DNA of 64,000 nt from Bacteroidales bacterium. GTDB taxonomy: Bacteria > Bacteroidota > Bacteroidia > Bacteroidales > UBA10428. How positions within the stretch are numbered: the stretch's first letter is position 1; each line of letters begins with the position of its first letter. This document shows, piece by piece, positions 36,349 to 46,802 of the stretch. A program made the translations under genes and the position numbers. The DNA lies in assembly GCA_016935355.1 (NCBI GenBank), contig JAFGRC010000158.1, positions 796 through 64,795 on the forward strand, given 5' to 3'. The notes beneath the pieces are model-generated. The model was not told where the DNA came from, ran no database searches, and worked only from the letters and a program-made list of their open reading frames with translations.

Positions 36349-37524
36349 TTGGATATCTTACCGGAAAAAGCTGTTTTGATTGGTGTAGCTGTTAATGATC
36401 AATCTTTACCTCAAATAGAAGACAATCTAAATGAGCTGGAACTGCTAACTGAAACCGCCGGTGCAGTGCCGGTCAGGAAGTTCATACAGAAGCTCGAAAC
36501 CCTCAACTCACGGACATTTATCGGAAAAGGCAAACTGGAAGAGATTCATGATTTTATCCGGAACAAAAGCATTGATCTGGCCATTTTCGATGATGAATTA
36601 TCTCCCAGCCAGATCAGAAATATTGAAAAAGAGTTGGAAATCAGGGTAATTGACCGGACCAATCTGATTCTGGACATTTTTGCCAGCAGGGCAAAAACCG
36701 CCTATGCCAAAACCTAGGTTGAACTGGCACAATATGAATATCTTTTACCGCGACTTTCAGGTATGTGGACACATCTTGAACGGCAGCGGGGTGGGATTGG
36801 TTTGAGGGGGCCCGGTGAAACAGAAATCGAAACCGACCGCCGCATCATCCGAACGAAAATAGCCAGCCTGAAAAATCATTTGCAGAAGATTGACAAGCAA
36901 ATGATAACCCAGCGTAAAAACAGGAAAAAGCTGGTGAGAGTGTCACTTGTGGGATATACAAACGTGGGCAAATCAACGATTATGAATCTGATCAGCAAAT
37001 CGGATATTTTTGCAGAAAATAAGCTTTTCGCTACCCTTGACACAACCATACGTAAGGTAGTGATTGGCAATCTTCCATTCCTGTTGTCAGATACAGTTGG
37101 TTTTATTCGCAAGCTTCCCCATCATCTTGTTGAATCATTCAAATCAACTCTTGATGAAGTCAGGGAAGCGGATCTTCTGCTGCATGTTGTGGATATTTCC
37201 CATAACGGATTTGAAGAACAGATTGACGTGGTAAACGAGACGCTAATGGATATTGACGCTTCCGATAAACCTGTACTGATCGTCTTCAATAAGATCGATG
37301 CATATGCCTATATTGAGAAAGATGATGATGACCTCACTCCCCGTACAAAACAAAACCTGAACCTGAAAGAATTGAAGAACAGCTGGATGGCTAAGAACAA
37401 CAGTCCCTGCATTTTTATTTCTGCCTTACAGAAACAAAACCTGGAGGAACTTCAAAGGATGTTATACGGAATGGTAAAGGACATTCATATCCGCAGATAT
37501 CCGTATGATAATTTTCTCTATTAA
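36349..37524 (+). pseudogene. hflX: GTPase HflX interrupted by a single in-frame TAG (36715-36717)
   Basis: The two track ORFs (36349-36717 and 36763-37524) share one frame. Read-through gives '...[51 protein letters not shown]...'. The stop sits where HflX proteins have the conserved Gln of 'QVELAQL'. The G-domain 'LVGYTNVGKSTIMN' and 'DTVGFI' are intact downstream. Confidence 0.85.
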
Positions 37525-38510
37525 ATAAGTCCTTTATCCAGTAAATGCCGGGCTATTTGCACGGCATTGGTAGCAGCACCCTTTCGAAGATTGTCGGATA
37601 CAACCCACATGTTCAACGTCTTAGGTTGTGATTCATCACGTCTTAATCTTCCCACGAATACTTCATCGCGATCCTGTGCATTTATGGGCATGGGATAAAC
37701 GTTATTCCCCGGATCGTCCAATACAATCACGCCCGGGGTGTTTTCAAGAATTTCAACCACTTCCGTTATTTCATATTCCTTTTCGAACTCAACATTGACC
37801 GATTCCGAATGTCCTCCGATAACAGGGATCCTGACGGTCGTTGCAGTAATCCCGATGGTATAATCATTAAGGATCTTCCGGGTTTCATGCACCATTTTCA
37901 TTTCTTCCTTTGTATACCCGTTATCCAGAAAAACATCAATATGTGGCAGCGCATTGAGATCAATTCTATGAGGATAGGCCATTTCACCTTTGATTCCATT
38001 CCTTTCACTCATGAGCTGATCAACTGCCTTTTTCCCGGTTCCGGTAACGGACTGGTACGTAGAAACCACGATTCGTTTGATTTTGTATGTTTCATGCAGT
38101 CTGAACAGGGCAACCACCATCTGTATGGTAGAGCAGTTCGGATTTGCAATGATCTTGTCATTTTCCGTCAGGACGTGTGCATTGACTTCCGGCACAACCA
38201 GCTTAATTTCCGGGTCCATTCGCCATGCTGATGAATTGTCGATTACCGTTGTTCCGGCTTCGGCAAATTTAGGAGCCCATTCTTTTGATGTGGCTCCTCC
38301 GGCTGAAAATATTGCGATGCGGGGCTTCATACCAACAGCAGTTTCGAGTCCCACAACCGTGTATTCATTTCCTTTGAAAGCAATTTTTTTGCCAACTGAT
38401 TTTTCCGATGCAACGGGGATAAAAGTTGTTACAGGAAAATCATACTCTTCAAGCACTTTGATCATTTGTGCACCGACAAGTCCGGTAGCCCCGACAACTG
38501 CAACTTTCAT
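37521..38510 (-). CDS. asd: Aspartate-semialdehyde dehydrogenase
   Basis: 'MKVAVVGATGLVG' (start taken at 38510), 'IIANPNCSTIQMV' (catalytic Cys) and 'SVTGTGKKA'. Confidence 0.95.
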   Translation of the reverse strand: MKVAVVGATGLVGAQMIKVLEEYDFPVTTFIPVASEKSVGKKIAFKGNEYTVVGLETAVGMKPRIAIFSAGGATSKEWAPKFAEAGTTVIDNSSAWRMDPEIKLVVPEVNAHVLTENDKIIANPNCSTIQMVVALFRLHETYKIKRIVVSTYQSVTGTGKKAVDQLMSERNGIKGEMAYPHRIDLNALPHIDVFLDNGYTKEEMKMVHETRKILNDYTIGITATTVRIPVIGGHSESVNVEFEKEYEITEVVEILENTPGVIVLDDPGNNVYPMPINAQDRDEVFVGRLRRDESQPKTLNMWVVSDNLRKGAATNAVQIARHLLDKGLI

Positions 38511-38646
38511 AACAATGGGTAATTTAATGAACAACTCGTTTTTTTTTGAAAAAAAGGCTGAGATGAAAAGCCCCCTTGAATAATAATGAATTAATATTTA
38601 ATTTAGTACACACGTTCAGGTGCAAAATTCGCAAAAATAATGATAT

Positions 38647-40425
38647 ATGAAAACCTCTCATTTTATTTTTTTACCGGTGCTGTTATTTCAGCTGCAGCAT
38701 GCCGTACCCATTTTATGCAATGAAAATATCACGAACGGTATATTAAAAACCAGTAGCGAAGATCTTACAAAACCCTGTCAGGTTATCATCAGTGAAATTA
38801 TGGCCGATCCGTATCCATGTGTATTACTGCCTGATGCAGAGTATGTTGAATTATACAACAGGAGTGATCAGGCCGTAGATTTAACAGGATGGTATATCGT
38901 GATTGGCAACAGAAGCAAATCATTTCCTTATGCAATCATGGATCCCGGTTGCCGTGCCATACTTTGTGATTCGGAACGGGCAGAAGATCTGGGTCAATAC
39001 GGGAATACCATCCCGGTTAACGGACTGCCTTCCATTTTAAACGGAGGCCAGACTCTAATATTAAAAAACCAGCACGGTACTATCATACATTCGGTATCAT
39101 TCTCAAACAAATGGTACGCATCATCCTTTAAAAAAGAAGGAGGCTGGTCACTTGAAATCATCGACCCGGATAATCCCTGTGGAAAAGGCGAGAACTGGTA
39201 TGAATCAGACGATTACAGAGGAGGCACACCCGGTACAGAAAATTCAGTTTATGCTGAAAATCCTGATATTCTTCAACCTGTACTTTTACGGGCAACTTAT
39301 GTCACCCCCAATACCGTCAGACTGCACTTTAATGAGAGCATGGACAGTGCTTCCATGATGAACCGTTACAACTATTCAGCAAACCATGGATTGTTGCATC
39401 CTGAAGTCGTAGCGCCCATTCCCCCGGATTATGCATCCGTCATACTCAGTTTTTCAGCAGATTTTAGTCCGGATACAAAATATAGGATCATTACACTGGA
39501 TTCTCTAAACGATTGTGCAGGAAATCCCCTTGAAAAAAATGCCATGGTCGATTTTGCACTTCCACAGGAGGTGGATAGTTTCGATATTGTTGTAAATGAG
39601 GTTTTGTTTGATTCCAATGATCATATTGATGAATTTATTGAATTGTATAACAGGTCTTTAAAAGTAATAGACCTGACTGCTCTTTCGGTTGGTCTGCTTG
39701 ATCCGTTTGGACTGAAAATTAATAAATTGATTTCATTGAAGGATCATGCCCACCTGCTTTTCCCTGACGGGTATCTGGTCATAACGCCCGATAAAACGAA
39801 CCTGCCGGACATAACCCTGACCAAATGGCAGCAAAATATCGCTGAAGTACAGGATTTGTTTTCACTTCCTGACGAAGAAGGCATTATTGGTTTATATGAC
39901 AGGCAAATGCATTGTATCGACCGGATGACATACTCCCGGCATATGCACATTGATCTGCTGAATTCGGTTGAAGGTGCATCTCTTGAGAGGATCCGCGCAG
40001 AAGGTAATTCACAGGATATTGGCAACTGGCATTCCGCCTCGGAAACATCTGGATTTGCTACCCCGGGTTACCGGAATTCACAGCAGCTTTTACACAACCC
40101 GGAGACAGGAGATCTGCTGATCATCCCCGGGATCTTTTCTCCCGATAATGACGGATGTGATGATTACGTCACTATTTGTCTGAACAATAATGAGTCCGGA
40201 TTTATTGCCAATATTATCATATTTGATGCATACGGACGGGAGGTTAACACGCTTGCATCGAATACATTGTTTGGTCCGGGAAGTTGTCTTACCTGGGATG
40301 GCAGGGACAACAACAACAGAATTGCCGGAATGGGAATATATTTATTATATGTTGAAATGTTTGATGCCGATAAAAATTTGAAAATCATTAAAAGGGCAAT
40401 AACACTGGTAAAAACTTTGAATTGA
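38647..40425 (+). CDS. Lamin-tail-domain (LTD) secreted protein with a T9SS type-B-like C-terminal domain
   Basis: Two LTD-like blocks ('VIISEIMADP...EYVELYNRSDQAVDLTGW' and 'IVVNEVLFDSNDHIDEFIELYNRSLKVIDL'). C-terminus 'IFSPDNDGCDDYV...GIYLLYVEMFD'. Confidence 0.7.
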   Translation: MKTSHFIFLPVLLFQLQHAVPILCNENITNGILKTSSEDLTKPCQVIISEIMADPYPCVLLPDAEYVELYNRSDQAVDLTGWYIVIGNRSKSFPYAIMDPGCRAILCDSERAEDLGQYGNTIPVNGLPSILNGGQTLILKNQHGTIIHSVSFSNKWYASSFKKEGGWSLEIIDPDNPCGKGENWYESDDYRGGTPGTENSVYAENPDILQPVLLRATYVTPNTVRLHFNESMDSASMMNRYNYSANHGLLHPEVVAPIPPDYASVILSFSADFSPDTKYRIITLDSLNDCAGNPLEKNAMVDFALPQEVDSFDIVVNEVLFDSNDHIDEFIELYNRSLKVIDLTALSVGLLDPFGLKINKLISLKDHAHLLFPDGYLVITPDKTNLPDITLTKWQQNIAEVQDLFSLPDEEGIIGLYDRQMHCIDRMTYSRHMHIDLLNSVEGASLERIRAEGNSQDIGNWHSASETSGFATPGYRNSQQLLHNPETGDLLIIPGIFSPDNDGCDDYVTICLNNNESGFIANIIIFDAYGREVNTLASNTLFGPGSCLTWDGRDNNNRIAGMGIYLLYVEMFDADKNLKIIKRAITLVKTLN

Positions 40426-40536
40426 AAAGCTATAAATAGTGATTTTGTTAAGAACTTTTTACCATTATCACAATAAGATATTGTTTCATGAATTTATTTT
40501 GAACATCAATTACAATTTCTTCTCAATATCAAAGCG

Positions 40537-41088
40537 ATGTATATTGAGCATGAATACCAGGATAACGCATTAATATTATTCCAGGGACCGGTCACTGTGA
40601 ACCTGATTTCTTATATGGGGAATTATATTCAGTCCTTTTTGGACCACAAAGCTAAATTCCTTCAACAGGTATTCAGGATATTCGTCGAACTTACACAGAA
40701 CGTATCCTATTATTCGGCAGATACTCAAAAAAGCAGAAATGTTATTGACTGCGGTAAAGGCTGGTTTTCACTTCAGGATCTTACCGGTTATTATAAGCTG
40801 ACAACCGGAAATTTGATAAAATCAGATGACGGACCCAAATTGACTGTTTATTGTAATGAGATCAATTCATTACCGCATGAAGAACTGCGTAAACTCAAAC
40901 GGGAGGTGCAGTCTAAAGCACTTATGCAGGATGTCAGTGCCCGGGTGGGAATGATCCAGATCAGCCTTGCCAGTCAAAACAAGCTTGATTTCAGGATAGA
41001 AGAAGTAAACAAAACGCATTCATTCTTTATCCTTTCGGCGTATTTAAATAAATCACAGAAGTTTCGCAGCGAAATACTCCCGGTTTAG
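40537..41088 (+). CDS. Orphan SiaB-like (HATPase-fold) paralog with a degenerate G-rich lid
   Basis: The N-terminal half aligns by eye with the 18881 protein ('LILFQGPVT...[18 protein letters not shown]' vs 'ITLVYEGEIT...VFHVMVECLQNISKHAD'). 'GGAGLG' is replaced by 'SARVGM'. Confidence 0.5.
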   Translation: MYIEHEYQDNALILFQGPVTVNLISYMGNYIQSFLDHKAKFLQQVFRIFVELTQNVSYYSADTQKSRNVIDCGKGWFSLQDLTGYYKLTTGNLIKSDDGPKLTVYCNEINSLPHEELRKLKREVQSKALMQDVSARVGMIQISLASQNKLDFRIEEVNKTHSFFILSAYLNKSQKFRSEILPV

Positions 41089-41793
41089 TCTGGCGATATG
41101 AGTGAGAGAGATCCCTTTCGGACATTCGGCTTCACAGGCTCCGGTATTTGTACAATTGCCAAAGCCCAGCTCATCCATTCTGGCAACCATTTTCCGTACC
41201 CGTTCCTTTGCCTCGACAATACCCTGAGGCAATACAGCCAGCTGTGATATTTTTGAAGCGACAAACAGCATGGCTGAAGCATTTTTGCATGCTGCAACAC
41301 ATGCTCCGCATCCAATGCATGCTGCAGCATCCATGGAAATCTCTGCTTTTACCTTCGGAACGGCAATGGTGTTCGCTTCGGGAGCACTGCCCGTATGCAC
41401 AGAAATGTAGCCTCCAGCCATGATGATTTCATCAAATGCGGAACGGTCAACAACCAGGTCTTTAATTACAGGAAATGGTTTTGCACGCCAGGGCTCAACG
41501 ATAATTGTATCCCCGTCCCTGAACCTGCGCATATGCAACTGGCATGTAGTAATTGCTGAATCGGGGCCATGCGGTCTGCCGTTAATATACAACCCGCATG
41601 ATCCGCAAATACCCTCCCTGCAATCATGATCGTAACAAATTGGCTTCTCAAACCTGTCGATCAACCGGTTGTTCAAAATATCCAGCATCTCCAGAAAGGA
41701 ACAATCAGGTGATATACCTGTCACCTGATATGTTTCAAATTTTCCCTTTGCTTGTGAATCCTGCTGCCTCCAGATCTTCAAAATGAAGTCCAT
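41053..41793 (-). CDS. sdhB: Succinate dehydrogenase/fumarate reductase iron-sulfur subunit
   Basis: 2Fe-2S '[10 protein letters not shown]', 4Fe-4S '[11 protein letters not shown]' and 3Fe-4S '[12 protein letters not shown]'. Confidence 0.9.
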   Translation of the reverse strand: MDFILKIWRQQDSQAKGKFETYQVTGISPDCSFLEMLDILNNRLIDRFEKPICYDHDCREGICGSCGLYINGRPHGPDSAITTCQLHMRRFRDGDTIIVEPWRAKPFPVIKDLVVDRSAFDEIIMAGGYISVHTGSAPEANTIAVPKVKAEISMDAAACIGCGACVAACKNASAMLFVASKISQLAVLPQGIVEAKERVRKMVARMDELGFGNCTNTGACEAECPKGISLTHIARLNREYFAAKLL

Positions 41794-41848
41794 ATTATTT
41801 CCGTTTTATATGATTTCCCTGGATACGGCTCCTGTAATCCATGTTATG

Positions 41849-43789
41849 TCAATGCTTGTAATCACGTGTCTGAATTTTTATGTTTTCATAACTCAGCGAT
41901 TCTTCATGCAATGCCGGTTCATGGTCAGGTCCCCTGCATTCCCACACGGCAACATGCATAAAATCATTATCGTTGCGCATTGCTTCACCGTCTTCAGTCT
42001 GGTATTCGGTTCTGAAATGACCCCCGCAGGATTCCTCCCTGGATAATGCATCACGCACCATTAACGCACCAATCTCAATGAAATCAGCAACACGTCCGGC
42101 TTTTTCCAGCTCCGGATTGAGTTCATGGTCATTGCCCGGTATCCTGATATCGCTCCAGAACTCCTCTTTAAGCGCTTTAAATTCCTGTATGGTTTTTTCA
42201 AGATCCTGTCTGTTTCTTTCCATACCAGCCGTTTCCCACAACAACAGGCCAAACTTCCGGTGTATCGTGTCAACAGATGTTTTTCCCCTGATCTGCATCA
42301 TTTTGGTAATTTTTTCCTTTACACTCTTTTCGGCCATTTCAAAAGCATGGTGTTCAAGAGGAATCTTTGGCGTTAAAATGTCATCAGCAAGATAATTCTG
42401 GATGGTATAAGGTAAAATGAAATATCCGTCGGCAAGACCCTGCATCAAAGCCGAGGCTCCCAGCCGATTGGCCCCGTGATCAGAAAAATTGCATTCTCCA
42501 ATGGAATATAGCCCCGGAATGGTGGTCATCAGTTCATAATCAACCCATAAACCACCCATGCAATAATGAATAGCAGGATAAATCATCATGGGATTCTGAT
42601 ACGGATCCTCATCCACAAGCTTATCATACATCTGAAAAAGATTACCATACCGCTCTCTGATCGTATCAATCCCAAGTCTCTTAACCGCATCTGAGAAGTC
42701 AAGATATACTGCCAGGCCGCTTCCGACTCCATATCCTGCATCACATCTTTCTTTCGCTGCCCTGGAGGCAACATCCCTCGGCACCAGGTTGCCAAAAGCA
42801 GGGTATCTTCTTTCGAGATAGTAATCCCTTTCAGATTCAGGTATATCCCTGTGGCTTTTTATGCGATTTCTGATGGCTTCCGCATCCTCCTTTTTCTTGG
42901 GTACCCATATCCGGCCATCGTTTCGAAGGCTTTCACTCATTAACGTCAATTTCGACTGATAATCACCATGAACGGGTATGCATGTGGGATGTATCTGAAC
43001 AAATGAAGGATTGGCAAAGTATGCCCCTTTTTTATATGCCTGCCAGATTGCACTGCCATTAGATCCCATGGCCATGGTTGACAGGAAAAAAGCCCTTCCG
43101 TAGCCCCCTGTGGCCAGGACTACTGCATGACCAAAATGCCTTTCGATATTTCCTGTCAGCAGATTGCGTGTGACAATACCGCGTGCCTTACCATCTATAA
43201 TCACGATGTCAAGCATTTCCATCCGTATGTATAAGGCAACCGTTCCTTTGTTTATTTGACGCATCATTGCACCATACGCTCCCAGCAACAACTGCTGTCC
43301 GGTCTGTCCCCGTGCATAAAAGGTACGTGATACCTGTGCCCCGCCAAAAGAGCGGTTTTCAAGCAACCCTCCGTAATCCCTTGCAAAAGGCACACCCTGT
43401 GCAACACACTGGTCAATGATGCTGCCACTGACTTCAGCAAGCCTGTAAACATTAGACTCCCGCGAGCGATAATCTCCTCCTTTTATCGTATCATAAAAAA
43501 GCCGGTATACACTGTCCCCGTCATTTGTGTAATTTTTAGCAGCATTGATGCCTCCCTGGGCTGCAATGCTGTGTGCCCTTCGCGGACTGTCCTGATAGCA
43601 AAAGACCTTTACATTAAATCCCAGTTCTCCCAGGCTTGCCGCTGCTGAAGCCCCTGCGAGTCCGGTACCGACAACAATAATATCAAGCTTTCTTTTGTTT
43701 GCAGGATTTACCAGCTTCTGCGTTGCCTTATAATGTGCCCATTTCTCTTCTAGTGGTCCCTTCGGAATTTTTGTATTGATTTTTTCCAT
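41849..43789 (-). CDS. sdhA: Succinate dehydrogenase/fumarate reductase flavoprotein subunit
   Basis: '[15 protein letters not shown]', FAD-attachment region '[14 protein letters not shown]', 'HPTCIP' and '[10 protein letters not shown]'. Confidence 0.95.
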   Translation of the reverse strand: MEKINTKIPKGPLEEKWAHYKATQKLVNPANKRKLDIIVVGTGLAGASAAASLGELGFNVKVFCYQDSPRRAHSIAAQGGINAAKNYTNDGDSVYRLFYDTIKGGDYRSRESNVYRLAEVSGSIIDQCVAQGVPFARDYGGLLENRSFGGAQVSRTFYARGQTGQQLLLGAYGAMMRQINKGTVALYIRMEMLDIVIIDGKARGIVTRNLLTGNIERHFGHAVVLATGGYGRAFFLSTMAMGSNGSAIWQAYKKGAYFANPSFVQIHPTCIPVHGDYQSKLTLMSESLRNDGRIWVPKKKEDAEAIRNRIKSHRDIPESERDYYLERRYPAFGNLVPRDVASRAAKERCDAGYGVGSGLAVYLDFSDAVKRLGIDTIRERYGNLFQMYDKLVDEDPYQNPMMIYPAIHYCMGGLWVDYELMTTIPGLYSIGECNFSDHGANRLGASALMQGLADGYFILPYTIQNYLADDILTPKIPLEHHAFEMAEKSVKEKITKMMQIRGKTSVDTIHRKFGLLLWETAGMERNRQDLEKTIQEFKALKEEFWSDIRIPGNDHELNPELEKAGRVADFIEIGALMVRDALSREESCGGHFRTEYQTEDGEAMRNDNDFMHVAVWECRGPDHEPALHEESLSYENIKIQTRDYKH

Positions 43790-43808
43790 AGAGATGGTTT
43801 TCGGAATA

Positions 43809-44480
43809 TTATACCAGGAAATATATATAGATGGGGATCAGGATAAAACCTACGGAAACCAATAATGTGTAAAGCCAACCAAGTGATTTGATCACAGGCG
43901 TATAAACTTTGTGGTCCAGTCCCAGGGTCTGAAAAGCCGAGTGAAATCCATGAAGCAAATGAAATGCCAGGAACAGGAAACAGCCAATATAGAACCATAC
44001 AAATCCGGGAATTTTAAATTTTTCGATCACGAGGATGCCAAGATCATGATAAGCTTTTCCATCGTAAATCACAATAGGAACTTCTCCGAATATCTTTGAC
44101 TTAAAATAAAAATTACTCAGGTGAATTACCAGAAAAACTGCAATTATTGCTGCGGTATGGATCATGAATTTTGAGAAAAATGATGTTTGTGAGTAATTCT
44201 CTATTTTGTATCTCACAGGTCTTGCCATCCAGTTCTGGATCTGAAGGTAAATACCGTAAAATATATGCAATATGAGACCTGCAAATAAGAAGATTTCAAT
44301 TACTTTTATGATCAGGTTGTTACTCATAAAATGAGCTGCCTTATTGAAAACCTCCCGTGTATCGTACAGGATCAGACATAAATTAATCCCCAGGTGTACC
44401 GGCAGGAAGGCAATGAGAAACAGGCCAGCGAGAGACATAATTAGCTTTTTGCCGATTGATGAGTTAAAGATGATACTCAT
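43809..44480 (-). CDS. sdhC: Succinate dehydrogenase/fumarate reductase cytochrome b subunit (b558 family)
   Basis: 223 aa with 5 TM helices and conserved His residues. It is first in the sdhC-A-B order on the minus strand. Confidence 0.8.
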   Translation of the reverse strand: MSIIFNSSIGKKLIMSLAGLFLIAFLPVHLGINLCLILYDTREVFNKAAHFMSNNLIIKVIEIFLFAGLILHIFYGIYLQIQNWMARPVRYKIENYSQTSFFSKFMIHTAAIIAVFLVIHLSNFYFKSKIFGEVPIVIYDGKAYHDLGILVIEKFKIPGFVWFYIGCFLFLAFHLLHGFHSAFQTLGLDHKVYTPVIKSLGWLYTLLVSVGFILIPIYIYFLV

Positions 44481-44706
44481 ATAAAAGAAAAATTGTATCG
44501 AAACCTCCGTGTTATTGAAACCACTGACAAATATGTATATAATTTTTCACAACATGAAGGCAGGATATGTGACGATAAAGAACAAAATTATTTTTATATA
44601 AAAAATCAAAGAACTGCAAAACTGTTAACAAATTTAACTTTCCGGCCATATATTTACAAAGCTTTATGAATGTTTAACATATGTTTCTACAAATCTTCAA
44701 CAAAAT

Positions 44707-45990
44707 ATGAAAATCCAAAAGATACCTTATCAATTGTTTGAAACCAACAGAAAAAGACTTTATGCCCTGCTTGAAAAATGCTCACTTGTCATTCTGCATT
44801 CAAACGATGAGATGAACCGTACAGCGGATCAGTTCTTCCCTTTCAGGCAAAATTCAGATCTGTTTTATTTCTGTGGCATCGATCAGGAAAGAACCATACT
44901 TTTGCTTGCACCTGATCATCGCGATCAGAATATGCGGGAAATCCTCTTTATCAGAAAAGCGGACAAAAACCTTGAAATCTGGGAAGGTCAGAAGCTGACC
45001 ATTGAAGATGCACAGGCAAGTTCAGGCATAAAAAACGTAAAGTATATTGATGATTTTGAATCCATACTGGCAGGACAGATGATATATGCCAACCAGGTAT
45101 ACCTGAATACACCTGAACAACCAAAGTTTATTCCCGAAATTCCCTGTCGAAATGCGCGCTATGCAAATGAATTGAAAAGCAAATATCCGGCCCATACTTA
45201 TTACAGGCTTGCCCCTTTAATGCGCAAACTGCGCACAATCAAAAGTGATATTGAGATCAACCTGATCCGCGAAGCATGCAGCATTACAAAAGATGCTTTT
45301 AAAAGGGTACTTGAATTCCTGAAGCCAGGTGTCATGGAATATGAAGTGGAAGCTGAAATCATTCATGAGTTTATCGTTAAAGGTGCCAATGGTCATGCTT
45401 TTCAGCCCATTGTCGCATCCGGGATAAATGCCTGCTCCCTGCATTATGATGCAAACAATAAACAATGTCAGGATGGCGAACTTTTACTGCTCGATTTTGG
45501 TGCTGATTTTAGAAATTATACTGCTGATTGCTCAAGAACCTTTCCGGTAAACGGACGTTTCACGGACAGGCAAAGAACCGTATATGAAACGGTGCTGGAT
45601 GTCTTTAAATTCGCCCGTTCTTTAATTAAACCGGGTGCATGCATCAACAGTGTTCACGATGAGGTGTGCAAGCGTTTTGAGAAAGAACATGTAAAACTGG
45701 GGTTGTACACCCGGCAGGATCTGGATCACCAGGATAATAAATCCCCGCTTTATCAGAAGTATTATATGCATGGTACTTCGCATTTCATGGGACTGGATGT
45801 GCATGATCCGGGAGATAAGGATGCTGTATTCAAACCGGGAATGGTACTTACCTGTGAACCCGGGATATACATACCTGAAGAAAAACTGGGCATTCGGATT
45901 GAAAATGATATTTTGATCACAGGGAACGGGAATGAGGACCTGATGGAGGATATTCCCATTGAAGTAAAAGACTTGGAAAGACTGCTATGA
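44707..45990 (+). CDS. pepP: Xaa-Pro aminopeptidase (M24B, aminopeptidase P family)
   Basis: AMP_N 'FRQNSDLFYFCGIDQE'. Metal ligands in 'LLDFGADFRNYTADCSRTFP', 'HGTSHFMGLDVHD', 'TCEPGIY' and 'GIRIENDI'. Confidence 0.85.
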   Translation: MKIQKIPYQLFETNRKRLYALLEKCSLVILHSNDEMNRTADQFFPFRQNSDLFYFCGIDQERTILLLAPDHRDQNMREILFIRKADKNLEIWEGQKLTIEDAQASSGIKNVKYIDDFESILAGQMIYANQVYLNTPEQPKFIPEIPCRNARYANELKSKYPAHTYYRLAPLMRKLRTIKSDIEINLIREACSITKDAFKRVLEFLKPGVMEYEVEAEIIHEFIVKGANGHAFQPIVASGINACSLHYDANNKQCQDGELLLLDFGADFRNYTADCSRTFPVNGRFTDRQRTVYETVLDVFKFARSLIKPGACINSVHDEVCKRFEKEHVKLGLYTRQDLDHQDNKSPLYQKYYMHGTSHFMGLDVHDPGDKDAVFKPGMVLTCEPGIYIPEEKLGIRIENDILITGNGNEDLMEDIPIEVKDLERLL

Positions 45991-46799
45991 AAACACAAAA
46001 TTTGAAATTCGACCCGATTAACATGCGTTATGCGGACACCGGAACGGGTACACCTGTGGTATTGCTCCATGGTTATCTTGAGTCCCTGAAAATCTGGTAT
46101 CCTTTTGCGGACATACTATCGGAAAACAACAGGGTGATTTGTCCCGATCTGCCCGGCCACGGCTATTCCGGAATTATACAGTCCGTTCATACAATGGAAC
46201 TCATGGCCTCCTACATTAAAAAGCTACTTGACAGGCTTTCTGTTGACAGTTGTATCCTTGCCGGACATTCCATGGGAGGATACGTTGCGCTGGCTTTTGC
46301 AGAAAAATACCCGGAATATCTGAAAGGGCTGGTATTGTTTCATTCAGTTCCTTTTGCCGACACCGACGATAAGAAAATAAACCGTGACAGGGAAATTGAC
46401 CTGGTATGGGGGGGTAAGAAAAAGCTTCTGATAACCTCGAACATACCTAAAGGATTTTCTGACACGAATCTCGTCCGTTTAAAAACGCAAATATCAAAAG
46501 CAAAGAAAATAGGCCGGAACACACCTGACGCAGGAATCGTAGCCCTGCTGAAAGGGATGAAATGCAGACCCGACCGCACCGCTGTTATTTCAGAATGCCC
46601 TGTACCTATTATGTGGATCCTTGGACGCAAAGACAACTACATCAATTTCGACCAGGTGCATCAAAGAGCTGTGTCCCTGGGAAAAAACCTGCAAATGGTT
46701 ACGCTTGAAAATTCCGGTCATATGGGATTCATTGAAGAACCTGAAAGATCCCTTGAAGTTTTGAAAGAATTTATTGATCAATGCGTTTCAGGATCATAA
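45987..46799 (+). CDS. Alpha/beta-fold hydrolase
   Basis: 'VVLLHGYLES' and nucleophile elbow 'AGHSMGGYVA', with a C-terminal 'GHMGFIEEP' His. ATGA overlap with pepP. Confidence 0.8.
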   Translation: MKTQNLKFDPINMRYADTGTGTPVVLLHGYLESLKIWYPFADILSENNRVICPDLPGHGYSGIIQSVHTMELMASYIKKLLDRLSVDSCILAGHSMGGYVALAFAEKYPEYLKGLVLFHSVPFADTDDKKINRDREIDLVWGGKKKLLITSNIPKGFSDTNLVRLKTQISKAKKIGRNTPDAGIVALLKGMKCRPDRTAVISECPVPIMWILGRKDNYINFDQVHQRAVSLGKNLQMVTLENSGHMGFIEEPERSLEVLKEFIDQCVSGS

Positions 46800-46802
46800 C
46801 AT

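Noticed and set aside
33672-36717. Two in-frame stops (TAA in the TPR gene, TAG in hflX) as evidence for stop-codon reassignment or an alternative genetic code.
   Set aside because: About 50 other genes in the window end at TAA, TAG or TGA with family-typical lengths and no further in-frame stops. Isolated nonsense mutations or base-call errors are the simpler explanation.
41053-41088. The 36-nt convergent overlap between the SiaB-like ORF and sdhB as a sign of mis-annotation or antisense regulation.
   Set aside because: Short convergent overlaps also occur at dusB/nadB (20 nt) and hflX/asd (4 nt) in this compact genome. There is no independent evidence for a regulatory role.
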